Assembly: GCF_018977255.1 (NCBI RefSeq)
Contig: NW_024704742.1
Coordinates: 25,606,001-25,670,000 of the forward strand
Direction: 5' to 3'
DNA length: 64,000 nucleotides
From: Callorhinchus milii
Taxonomy: Eukaryota
In this document: piece by piece, positions 23,392 through 35,716 of the stretch
Numbering within the stretch: position 1 is the first letter of the stretch
Layout: every line of letters begins with the position of its first letter
The notes under the pieces: generated by a model
Databases searched by the model: none
What the model saw: only the letters and a program-made list of their open reading frames with translations
Told to the model about the DNA's origin: nothing
Translations under genes and position numbers: made by a program

Positions 23392-24484
23392 ATCAGGGTC
23401 TGGACAGCTCTCAGTGCTTTGCTCTTCACCTGAAGGTGGATGCCTCAAAAGACTTTAAAAGATGATAAGCAATTATGACCAAGTGAATATTATTCCAGCG
23501 CTCCCGAGGTGCTACCCCACGCGAAAGACTTTATCCACCAATAGTATGGTTTGCGTTCGGTCTATTACCTTTCGCATCGAGAGGACGTCCCAAGGTGCGG
23601 CACAGGATTTACTGTCAATTGCAGTGACTATGTTTTGTAAGTGACTCCAGCAGCCAATTGCTGCACAGAGCAATAGCCCACAAAAAGCCACGAAGGGAAT
23701 GACCAATTTTATTTGGGGAATCAGTAATAATAATCCTTGCATTTGATTTAGCTCCTTATCACATTTTTGAGCCGTCCCAAAGCGCTTCGCAGCCAATTGT
23801 GCACAGCAGTGTCCCACAAACTCGTGGATTGACCAAATTCTTAAATTTTTAAAAAAAATTGAATTGATTCTATCATTAGGGAAGGAATTATCATTATCAT
23901 TACAGTATGTTCGCTATCTCCTGTTCATTCTCTTTTCAACCCTTTGAATCCCTTTGAGTTTTAAATCTTTTCTAACTGCTCCTGGTATAATATTGCTTAG
24001 AAAAAAAATCACTTGTCACTATATAATTTAAGATTGCATATGCGTGTCAATGCATGGGGGAGGGGATTTATGTGTTTATGTGGGAGGGGGAAGTACTGCA
24101 CTCCAAAAATATTTTTTTCAATTATTACCCCCAGAAAAGTGATCCGCCAATCAACTAACAACCGGGTTCCTATTTACTGCTGCATAAGCAGACATGTGGA
24201 GTAAGGAAACTTGTCCAACGTTTCGCCTTGCCGGCATAACGTTTCGCTCTCATGGCTATTTGTGCACAAATTGGCTGCTGTGCTCTACACATGAAATACT
24301 CTGAAGCACTTTGAGACGTTTTGATGCTATATCATACAGACATATTATTAAACCATATTTTTCAATATATTTAAAAAATAGGAAGAGTAAAACAAAAGAA
24401 GGAATTTAATAATTACTAATGTAAACAGTTTTAAAGTATTTCATATTAAAGCAATAATGATTTACCTCTTGGAAATGGGATCTT

Positions 24485-24710
24485 AACAACAGCAGCAAAT
24501 TACATTCGTGTAGCAGCTTTCACATCAGAAGGTGTCGGAATGCGCTGGACAGTCAAGGATTTGGGTCTTGGGACAAGCCTTGAAGGAGGCACAGGAGGGG
24601 GTGAGGTAAAGGGAATGTGGGATGGAGTTCCAAAGGGTGGGGGCAAAAAAGGCTGAAAGCCGGACCGCTGATGGTGTTGTTGACCAGGTGGGGGACATGG
24701 AGCAATTGTC
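24485..24710 (-). mobile_element. L2 3' fragment
   Basis: aacaacagcagcaaattacatt tail; ccttgaaggaggca...gggatggagttccaaagggtgggggca, antisense to APTLWNSIP. Confidence 0.78.
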
Positions 24711-25210
24711 CCTCTTCCTTGAGGGGTGGTAGCAGAAACTTCATTACCACATACAGACTTTGGGAAACGTCACTGAGAGAGTCTCGAGAACAATCTAGTC
24801 AAATGGACAGTCACCGAGAGCATATTATTCCCAGCGTTGAATTGTTACACAGAAAATATCTTAATATAGTCTCATATGTCCCTTAACCAAACTGCCGGAA
24901 CTTGTCACGCTTGGCTATTGGTTTCGTAAACGACCAAAGAAGTCTTGGCTTTGGATATCTGTGCAAAGATCTGTGCATCTTTGCTTTATGTATAAGTTAT
25001 GTATTGTAATAGGGCCTGGCAAAATCTGGAAGATTCTTGACCTGAGTACTCACAATTTAACCTGTGGAACTGTTTAGACATACAGTAGTTTGAATGCCTT
25101 ATCTTCTGACTGTCTCTGATATGAATTGAAGAACGCATTCCTTAACGCTCTAATGAGATTGGAAATGCACTATGTGTGCAGAATGCGCATCTGAATTTAT
25201 GCAGATGGCA

Positions 25211-25320
25211 TAATAATAATAGTAATTCTTGCATTTGATATAGCGCCTTATCACGGCGTTGAGATGTCTCTTAGTGCTTCACAGAATATACTGTAAAGTG
25301 AATTGACTGTATTTTGTGGC
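25211..25320 (-). mobile_element. SINE A 3' stub
   Basis: Tail plus cttcacagaatatactgtaaagtgaattgactgta. Similar stubs at 31495-31633(+), 36025-36198(-), 39543-39682(-), 47865-47985(-) and 49842-49950(-). Confidence 0.85.
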
Positions 25321-27739
25321 CAAAAAATGGCCTTGCATTACATTAATATGGATTCTGAAAGCCCTGTGAGTGCTCGCAATGTTGGACATAAAAAAGGAAC
25401 CAGTCTGACAAAAAATTTCTCATGATTTTCCCTTTTTTGATGGTATGATGATGACATCCAATCTTATTAGAAACTGCTGTAATTACACATGATTACATGC
25501 ATTCAACTTTTTGATGGTTAAATTGGTCAGTTTATTTCCTTTCATTTTACTCTTTCCTTTTATTGCTCTTCTCATTTTCTTCGAAACCATTCAACGAGAC
25601 CTTGTGGAATAGATACATAACATGCTTGTTTCCTCCGAATTAAGTTTCTTTTATTGCCTGTCTTATTTTCCATTCACTGTTCTTTGTCGCACAGTCTGGT
25701 GTTTTGTCCGAGGTTCAAAGAAACAAAACTCCATGACGCTGGCAAGCTGCTTCTTATGCCCCGAGGGAAGATTCCATGACTCTTGAACATTAAAAGACAA
25801 AGAGCAGATATTTTATTACATAATTGAAGAGTCAACAACATTTGACATTCATTTGGTTCATTTTTCATGCTAAATTAATCTTATTTAAAATAAAAGTACT
25901 ATACTACCTCTGATAGCTTGCTTGTTCTTTGTCACCTCTCGCTTGTCTTGTGTTAGACTGCTGTTTGGTCAATTCCTTGGACTGAAGTACATTGTATTTG
26001 CATTATATTTTTCCTTCTAAATATGGACCATTATTACTGCCTTTCCTCCCAGTCTGTTTCACTGGGCCATATTCTATTTTAAACAACCTTCACTTATAGA
26101 ATCATGAAAAATCATATCATAGGATGAGACCCTTAGTCCATCAAGCCCATAATGCTATCACCTTCTCTCACTGGAACAAACTATTTCAAATCCAATTCTC
26201 TGCTCCTTACCCATATCTTTTCATGTTGTTCTTCTGATGCTTTTCCAATTAACTTTTAAACATTGTTATGATATTAGCCTCAAAAGCTATTGTGTCAAAG
26301 AATTCTGTGTTCGAATAACCTTTTTGCCTTAAACACATTTTTATGTTACTCCAAAGTGGCTTCTGCTTTGTAATAAATGCACTGCAGCTGTAAATGAACT
26401 GGTCTTAATGTAGCATATTCTATTGGGTGTGACAACACCCTGAAGAGAGAATAGAGCAACATATTCCATTGGGTGTGAGAACACCTTAAGGAGAGAATCT
26501 CACACCACTCCATTAGCAGTTTAATTACAACTGGTGCAAAGCCAACTTTAAAATGAAAACTATGAAAAGATCCTTTCTAGTTCTCACATTAATCATATCA
26601 ACTCTTGTGCAACTTTAGACATTTCATCAGCAATTGGAGACTGGCGAGCAGAGCTCATCATTTGTATTTGAAGTACAGTATCCGGAAACAACACTGCATT
26701 TACTGAGTGGAGCTACCCTGACTTCCTGCTACCCACTCACACCACTGAGAACACGTTACCAGCCTAAAGGCTGTACCATTCATGTGAATTCCAGATTTCA
26801 GATTTCAGTTGTTGTTAAATCATTTTCAAAATTAATAACAGCATTTGACAAAATACAATTCCTACACTCTTCAGAAAATCCAATGAAATGTTTTAAGATG
26901 TATTGACAACATGATAAGGCATTTTATCAAATGCAAGGATCCCTATTATTACAATAATCTGACCTTTTTGCTTGAAGTATAAATGCTTTATCAGCTATCA
27001 GGTCATTTGATATGTTGATTGATAAAAATTGTGATCTTTTAGTTATTGATTATGATGGAAATTCTATCTGAAATAAGGAAATGTTATGAAAAGCTTGTTA
27101 AATTTATCAATTGGCATACAATCAACCCCTTCATATATGATGGACTCACACTCACTTTTGATAGGTTACATCAAATATTTGCAGGCTACTCAACGGCAAG
27201 TCAATGAACACAGAAATTATCCTACAAACTAATTAGATGGATTAATTCACGAGCAGGATAGTGTTGGGTGGATCCTTCGATAAAGTCCATGTTTGATGAT
27301 TTACCCATTCCTTTGCTTGAAGCTCCCGCCAAAGATCTATCCGGTTAAGCATCTTGCCAGTGGAATACTGAATGTGACTCTGAGTCAGAACTTTCATACA
27401 GATCGTTTGTTATTATTCAAGATCAAATGACTCAACATTCCTGTGTTGGATAATAGCTTCAGTGACAACGAGGTCAAAAACAAATATTCTATTTTGTATC
27501 TTCCAGTCGGCCAACTATCACATTGTAATATTTGTGATTGTGGAATTGTGAATTGCAGTCAAGCAAAGTTTGAACAAAGGCGAGCAAGCAAATAAAACAG
27601 AGATGTTCTTACTCTGTCAATGGCTTGCCTAAAGGGAAGTTTTCAATGCTGATGCCATTGGTTGATCTTGCTACAGCCTCAATAGCATTCTTTCAAATTC
27701 TTTCAATTTGCATTCTTTCAAATGCAAATTGGAGATTCT

Positions 27740-27900
27740 TTCAAATGAAGATTAGTTAGATTTCTTTTCGGAAATAATATTTCAAGATACAGTGGACGAG
27801 TAGTTCAGGGATTCACACAGGCATGTGACTGCCAGGATAGTGGAAGGCGAACTGGATGGACCTTGGTCTTTATTCATCTAGCATTTCCTATGTTCCTAAG
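27740..27900 (+). mobile_element. CR1-type 3' end (second family)
   Basis: gactgccaggatagtggaaggcgaactggatggacc...ctagcatttcctatgttccta. Same family inverted at 39784-39860. Confidence 0.72.
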
Positions 27901-28544
27901 GCAGGTTGGTGCTCTAATTAGTTGTGTGAGAGATGGTATAATGCATCTGAGACGAGAGTCCTCCACACTACCAGTCCACTTTCCAATATACTCTACGTGG
28001 AGGAAGTAATTCTTTCATATTTCCTTATCAACTCCTAACCTTGGTTTGAAAGCAAGCCCCAAAAGGAGTGCATCCCGATGATCCTCATCACCCACTCGCT
28101 CAAACCCTCATGCTGGGTTCACCGCGTAATGTTCAGCTTTCTCGGCTAAGCATGTTAAGAGTTGGGGATTTCCTGGTTTAACAACCAGTGCGGAGAAACT
28201 GTATCTGCCTCAAGAATAATTCTAGCTAGCATTTCAGAACGCCCATAAAATAAATACAGTGCCTTATCACATGCTTGAAACATCTCAAAGTGCTTCAAAA
28301 TTTACAGTAATGTGTCATGACAGTGTGTTTGTTGGATTTACACATCACTCCAGAATTCTGGTTTGCTTCAGGTGTGAGATTAAAATGAGTCAGAATTTCT
28401 CTTTCAATTATGTCATGATTGCTACTGATCCTAGGAATTAGCAAAAAGGAAAGTGGCATAATTGCTTTATCTCTGAGTCATATTAACAAGTCTCTGACTT
28501 TTCTACCCTTGCCAACCATGCATCACTTAATTAGATCATTCAGG

Positions 28545-29219
28545 GTGTCAGCCTGGGTTAGGTTACGCCTCTGAGTCAGAAGGTTGTGGATACAAATCCC
28601 ACATCAGAACTTGAATTTACATAGTCTTACCTAACACTCCAGTGCAGTGCTGAGGTTACGCTCCATTATTGGATGTGTCATCCTTCGGTGGCCAATTGCG
28701 CACAGCAGTGTCCCATAAACAGTCGTGGATTGAGTGACCAATTTATTGTTTTTTTTCTCAAGGAATTTTACCCCCAGAAAAGCCATCCGCCAATCGACTG
28801 ACAACTGAGATCCTACTCACTGCTAGGTAAACAGAGGCGTGTGGAGTAAGGAAACTTGCCCAACTTTTCGCCCTGCCGGGAATCGAACCCAGGTCTCTCG
28901 CTTGTGAGGCGAGTGCTCTAACCACTGAGCTACAGGACTCCATTATACTGATGTCCAGGCTGCCTATTCAGGTGGATGTTAAAGGTCCTTTGGCACTACT
29001 CGAAAAGAGAAAGGAGTTTCTCCCTGTGTCACTAGTCATCTCTCCCCCAAATAAAAATTGGGTGTTCACTTCATGGCTATTTATGAGACCTTGATGTGCA
29101 CAAATTGGCTGCCATATTTGCCTACAACTACACAGTTACTAGATTTTACACCATTTCCCCATAAATTGCTTTGAAATATTTTGACACTTTAGGCACTATA
29201 TCAAATTGCAAGGATTATT
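28545..29219 (+). mobile_element. Deu SINE with a nested antisense SINE A (28689-28941)
   Basis: Deu head (cctctgagtcagaaggttgtgg) to about 28688; Deu core resumes at about 28955 (tgcctattcaggtggatgttaaagg). The insert is a long-subfamily SINE A lacking its tail. Confidence 0.85.
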
Positions 29220-30559
29220 TCTATTAAATTTTACATTGGTACAATTTCAGGCAGCACAAGATACAAATATAAAATGTAACATACAGTAAAATCCTGTGAA
29301 GTTCTTTGAGAGGCATCCTTATGATGTGTAAAGGGTGCTGTAACAAATTATTATTAGGATTATTAATATCATTCACCTCTTGGTGGTTTGTATTCACACT
29401 GCCATTTACACTAGTTGTAATGAACCTCTACACTAAACAACAACAACTTTCATTTATATAATAGCCTTCATGCGGGGTATCATCTTGGAGAACTTCTAGT
29501 GCAAGTAAATATTTTTACAACAGGCCACACTGTTACTTTTTCCCTGGGGAGAGGGAAGAGTTTATGCTCATTTATTCTGAGCTCCAGGGGCTGTAAATTT
29601 GCCTCTGATGAAATGTTGCAGTGATTAATTTGTTCCGGGGCTAAAGCCTGTTAACCGAGCCCCTCAGTGCCATGTCTCTCCCTCTCGCCTCTGCAGAGTT
29701 TTCATTTCTATACAGATTTTGCTTCTTGATTGTACAGAAACATGACCAAACAAACCCGATTGTTTTATAACCATTAGTCCTGTAGTGTTTTGGGGGCTTA
29801 AGCCTATTATCTTAGAAACATATTTCTGCCCCTTGGAAAATGACTCATCTCTCACAGTCACTTAAAAAATACCGAATCGTGGGGGCGGGGGACAGTTGGG
29901 AAAACAATTCCCCGTCTCAATATAACCTTTTACTCCAAAATAGCAGGTAAGACCCACTATTTTCTCAATGAGAAAAGTTAATTTGATAGCAGTCACCCCT
30001 GTTTACATGTGATACTGATTTAGCTTCTTAGAGTATAAGTATTAATTTAATTTATTTTCCTGTCAATGTTGTCTAATTCTGGAATGCTGCTTAGACTGAC
30101 ATTACCCAATATTAAGGGTCATGAAATCTCCACTGGTTTATTCAAGCAGTGGTGGAATCACCCCTTGAAGCCTCAATAGATGTCTATTATAATATCATGA
30201 ATACAAACAACATATCTACAGATTTGATAATGTTACAAATGGCTGGAGTTCCAACTTTAATCCCTAACCTATTGAATAACACTGTCTGAAAGCAATGCAT
30301 CATGAAACAGAATAGAAATTTCAATTACAATCAACTGCTTGTGTAAGTTGCACAAAACAAAAATGTTTTGGCCGCATTTAATTCCAGAAAGTATTAGGCG
30401 CAGGTTGGCAAGAGTCAGGGCTTCAGAATCCCAGAGTGTGCACTGGGGTACTGCTGGAGCATACCAGCTAAAACTGTATAGCTTGCTGTTGATAATCCAT
30501 TGAGTACTGAGTAAATATTGCATTATTTCATTATCTCATTGTAGTTTATGGATATCCTT

Positions 30560-30840
30560 ACTGGAGGTGGCATCTTTTGAAACGTTAAGCAAGGCCCTTT
30601 CTGCCTGTTAAGGTGGGCATTAAAGATCTCAAGGCACAAAGAGTGGTCCTGGCCAATATTCACCACACAAATAGCCTTTATCTTCACTCACTGGAGCTTG
30701 TGGATTTGTCTGGGGCAGATCAGCTGCTGTTTTTGCCTAAATAACAACAGCCAATATACTTCAAAGTAACTCACTACCTCTAGTGCTTTAAGGCATTTTT
30801 GTCAAGATAATTCATTGCATAAAGTGCAAGAACCTTATTT
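30560..30840 (+). mobile_element. Deu SINE, old
   Basis: ggaggtggcatctttt..aacgttaagcaaggccctttctgcctgttaaggtgggcattaaagatctc...gtcctggccaatatt. Confidence 0.7.
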
Positions 30841-32977
30841 CTAAGGTTATTTTTACGATCTATAGATTTGGAACTCAGACATGGTTGAAACGTTCAAACT
30901 GATCGTATTGTTTTCGCTCTCTCTTTCTCCTTTTTTTTAACATATATATTAAATCACATTTTAGTCCGGTCACTTAACAGTAAGTCACTTGATTTGAAAG
31001 GAAGTGAAGCCTGACCGTTTCCAAATTGGACGGTATTGCCAACGAAAGTAAAACAAGTCGTGAAGTCTTATCAGATGTCTGCCGCTCTCTGCCCAGCAGT
31101 GCTGAAAGATCCCTGCCGTTACTGTGTTAACTGATTAAAGTTCAGTCCCTACTTTGTCTGCTGAGTATTGGCAGTTCCAGAACCATCATATTAACCTGGA
31201 CCAGTGGAAATGATTAGAATGCTTTGTACTGATGTCTTGCTTCAACCGCAGTGGAGCATGGCTGGTGCCAGCTGCAGGGCTCCACCTAATTCAGACCAAA
31301 TGTCTGTCCATACAAAGAGCAATACAGGACCTGGCTTTCAGATGGAAATTTGATAATAGCTGAATTTGAAAAGATTTGCATCTTAGCTTTCCGCACGGGC
31401 AGATGTTACAGTAAAATCTATTTTGCTGAGCGTTTTCTGTGCATTTTGGTGCATCAGCAAACTCATTTTGATGCAAGATTTAAATTAAACCCCCACAATT
31501 GTTTGTGGGACACTGCTGTGTGCAATTGGCTGCCCACAAAATATATAATTCACTCTACAGTATATTCTGTGAAGCGCTTTGAGACATCTCGATGATGTGA
31601 TAATGTGCTGTGTCAAATGCAAGAATTACTATTAAATTCCAGTGCATTGAATAGTGTTACAAGACAAGTTATAGAGAGGGCTCGAGTACCTCAGTGTAAA
31701 TTGTGGTCAGAGTGGAGCGATATGTATTGGGCACTGCATCAGTGGTAGCAACTACAGAAGGAGCTTCACCATGTCTTTATTATACAACCATTTGTTTTCA
31801 TTGAGGTTCTTGGCCACTGCTGCCTGAAGAACTTTGCACATTTGAGAGCTGTGCATTTTGTAGTTGTTCCTCTGCACCAGTGATGACTTATCTAACCCAA
31901 CTCAGCAAATAGTAGAGCATAATAAAGTGGATGCTATTCGTTCTGGCTGAAGTCTAATGGTGCCAGTGCCTTTGGAATTAGATCTAAAACATTATTGGGC
32001 TTTGATTCATGTTTCATTGCTTTCTGGTCTTAATTTCTTAAGGTACGGGCAGCCAGTCTCAGCCTGCAGCGTTCTTTTAAAGATAATTACAATTTTAATC
32101 TCCTGCCTTTTCAAGAATAGACAGCAAAGTCATTCCTATGAATTTAATGTTAACAAGAAGAGTCTAGAGGGCTCCAGCTAGGCTGATTAAAGGCAGGGGA
32201 AGATGGATGGAGTCTCTCCTGATCAGCAGGCCGTAGTCCCCTGCTGGGTGTCAGTCTGTGCCTTTGTATCGGACAGTGGGTATGAGACTCTTGACAGTCA
32301 CCCAGCCAAAAGGCGGGGGGAAAAAAACTTCCCTTTGGCTGCTTGGACTATGAGTATTTGCAGACTGGTGTGACACATGATCTCCTCTCCCAGCAAGGCC
32401 ACTCATTAGGCTGATTTTCACTTCAAAGTTTGTATTATCAGCTATCTCTAAAGGCAATTAGGAATGGGCGGCTTTCAGTATCAGACACTTTGTGATGCTA
32501 TAGTGACTCATCTTTATTGATTCTTTTGTTAGCTGGGACAGTGATTGAGATGATATGACTGTTGCATACCAACCCCTTTGACTGGTAAGCACTGGAGTAA
32601 AACAGTGCGTAATTAACTCAACAGTCAGTATGGGATCTGGTTAAATGTTCCAAGATGCTAATCCCTCTCTCCCACCTCCCCCACTGATATAGTAAGAAAA
32701 TAGTTAAGCAATTACAGCCCAACCTGTAGAGATGGGAAATTTCTGTTCAGACGCAAACTTGCATTGTTTACCGAAGAAATATATTTTTTGCGGATCGATC
32801 CTGTGCGTTTATTGCATGACATCAAACAGATCTTATTCCTTTTGAAACTTGTACAGCACTTTGGCAAACAATCTACTGCCACCTGTTGGTTTTTAGTGGA
32901 CATTTGCAGATACAGTACTACAACTTGATCTTAGCCAAAGGGGTTAATGTCCATTTGTCTGCTGTGAACAAGCACAG

Positions 32978-33268
32978 TAATATAATAATAATCCTTGCAT
33001 TTGATATAACACTTTTCACATCTTCTAGATGTCTCAAAGCACTTCACAGAAAATAAGTGAATTGACTGTATATTTGTGGGTGAAACGAGACAGCCAATTG
33101 CGCACAGCAGTGTGCTACAAACAGTCATGGATTGAAGTGACCAATTTATTATTTTTGTCTTGAGGGATTACTATCAGGCATGTGGAGTAAGGAAACTTGC
33201 CCAAGTTTCCCAACCGGGAGTCTAATGCTTGTGAGGTGAGTGTTCTAACCACTGAGCTATAGGACTCC
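32978..33268 (-). mobile_element. SINE family A, near full length
   Basis: Tail, body, ggagtaaggaaacttgccc, head ending ggactcc. Confidence 0.9.
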
Positions 33269-33689
33269 ACAGTAGATTCCTGAGCTAGTTTACATTAAGC
33301 ATGCAACATCACTATAACACTTGACATAAGTATGTACCACACCCTGGAGACTAAAAAATTCTAAAAGCTTCAGGGAGCAATTCTCTCTCAGTGTCCTGGC
33401 CTCAATTCCCCAAATACAATTGTTCATTCATTTCATAACTGTTCGTGGGACACTACTGTGTACAGTTGGGTTGCCACATTCGATCACTTTACAGTAATAA
33501 TAATCCTTGCATTTGGTAAGCGCCTTATCACTGATATAGTAAGAAAATAGTTGAGTTAAGGATTGATTGAGCACAACCTGTAGGAATGGAAAAATTGGAG
33601 TGTTTGGGAAGCAAACCTGCTTTGTTTTCCCGAGAATATTTCTCTTTGCCGATCGATCCAGTGTGTCTATTGCCCGGCATCAAACAAAT

Positions 33690-33875
33690 CCTTCAAAGCC
33701 GGTCTCAAGACCCTTCTCTTCGATGGTGCCTTTGGTCGCCCTCCCACCTCTCTGCCTTCCCTCACTCCTACACCACTACCCCCCATACTCGGGTCCCGAC
33801 ACCTGACTGTTCAGCGCTTTGGAATGTCCTCCTGATGTTAAAGGCGCTCTATAAATGTAATGTTGTTGTTGTTTT
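33690..33875 (+). mobile_element. L2 3'UTR fragment
   Basis: Aligns with 9900-10075 (tcaagacccttctctt...cccgacacctgac...agcgctttggaatgtcc...(ttg)n). Confidence 0.85.
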
Positions 33876-35349
33876 TGAAACCTTACTGTACTTTGGCAAG
33901 ATATCTGCTGCCGCCTGTTTAAGATGGAAGAATGTCTCAAAATGGTTCACAGGATTTACTGTGAAATGGAGTGACTGTGTATTAAATTCTGTGAAGCGCT
34001 TTGGGACATCCTCCCAACGTGAAAGCCCTTGTACCAAATGTGAGGATTATTGTTTTTCTAATTTCTTTAGATGACATCATGTGAGTGTCACAGAAATTTC
34101 TCCCTCCCCATCTCCTCCCCATCTCCTCATACCAACAAATAGAAGCCACACAGTCAACTGTTGTGTACAGTGACTGTAAGAGAAAACTGGTTCAGTCTCT
34201 TGCGTATGATATACTGGAACTACTTACTCTATTGTTCCCTCAGCGCATCCTACAAGAGCATTCTTGCACAGGCCACCAGGGGGTGCAAATGAGTGGTTTA
34301 GGAGGGAGGGGTTATTCTTTTCTCGCCCCCTCATGAAGATTGGGAGTATGCAACGTGCAAACTCATCGTGAGCATGTGTGATACCCACTTGCTTCCAGCA
34401 CCTTGGAATGTCCTTCTAACATGAAAGATGCTATATAAGTGTAATTTTGTCATTGTTGACAGGGCACCATTGTGCTGCGTTGCTTGGCTTGTTAGATACC
34501 TGTCCTCCCAAATCAGTCTCACTAAATCTGTTGACGAATTTGATGCCAAAGCTCTCACTTCCCCAAATTTGACAAATGGTGGCTTCAGCCTTATCCTCAG
34601 CACAAATGTTTATCTAAGAGCCTGCTGTCAGGAGAGCAGCTTTGCTGACACACCCAAACAGAAGGTGTACTAATGTACTTGACTAATTGCACATTTTGAT
34701 TTCCTGGAACAATTTTTGTGAAAGCTATAAGTATTTCATTGGTATATTTGTCATGCTTTGTCACAACTTGCAGTGAATGTATCATCCGCAGCTCCATTTC
34801 CACATTAACATGTAGAGCCACTACTTTGTTGTCAATGGCTCAGATGCCTGCGGTTAGAAAAATGTATGTGCACTGCAGCGTGAGTGCACAAAACTGAAAT
34901 TGCCCATGGGGTTTGATCCGCAACAAGCTACAACACCTTCCACCACAGATGAATCAATTTAATATTCTTTTCATGTGCAATTGCAGTAAGTCGCTCTGAT
35001 CCCAAGGGTGTAACGTCACTTCTCATATGTCTGAAATATATTTGTTAGGTAACAGCAAAGTTTTTCTGTTGGGAAACAAGGCAATTGGGTTTTGTCAGCT
35101 CCACTAGCCTGACTTCACACTGTTTTTGTGGTTACCACTTTGCTGACTTTTACTGCATTGATGTGAGGATTTTGGAAACTGGTGCTTATAATCATGATAA
35201 CAATAATAATAATGACAATAGTAATAATAATCCTGGAATGATAAGAAGCACAGCCTAGACTGCGATCTGAACAGGTGCATCAAGTAACTTGGTTACTTTG
35301 TTCAACTTCGGTCATTCAGATCTCCGACCTCATAATAAAGTTCGCAACT

Positions 35350-35528
35350 CAAAATGAAAATAGAAAATGCTGCAACACAGTAAATAGGCTGATCAGCAGC
35401 TGAAAGGGAAAGACAGGATAGTCTTTTGGATATGACTTGAAAGGTTCTAATGAAGGGTCTCACCTGAAAGTTCAACCAGTCTTTGCCTTTCATATGCTGA
35501 TCGACCTGCTGTGCATTGACAGCATTGT
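35350..35528. mobile_element. Palindromic Penelope-like terminal-repeat relic
   Basis: Inverted arms (aatgctg...gatcagca..tgaaagg.aaagac / gtcttt.cctttca..tgctgatc...cagcatt) around a degenerate hammerhead-like core. A related stub (tttcagatttccagcatctgcagtattttgc) lies at about 2753-2800. Confidence 0.55.
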
Positions 35529-35584
35529 GCAGCCTGACCTGCTGTGGATCTTGTGGTTAGCAGAAGCCGAGTGGGAAGAATCTG

Positions 35585-35716
35585 CGCTCCTAGTGACTAG
35601 TCCAGACTTCAATTCCTGCCAATGCGCCAGGCAGACTGGTCTGTCATCAACAGTGCCCTGGGGTACTGTAGATCTGCCCAGCTCAGTCACCAGACTATCG
35701 AGACTGCCACAGAGGA
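35585..35716 (-). repeat. Family X fragment
   Basis: agtgactagtc...tgtcatcaacagtg.cctgg...gagactgccacagagg, inverted relative to 41680-41810. Confidence 0.62.

Noticed and set aside
31050-31260. Weak LF-SINE-like similarity on the minus strand (ctcagcaga...ggactgaa)
   Set aside because: Only one short block matches; insufficient to call.
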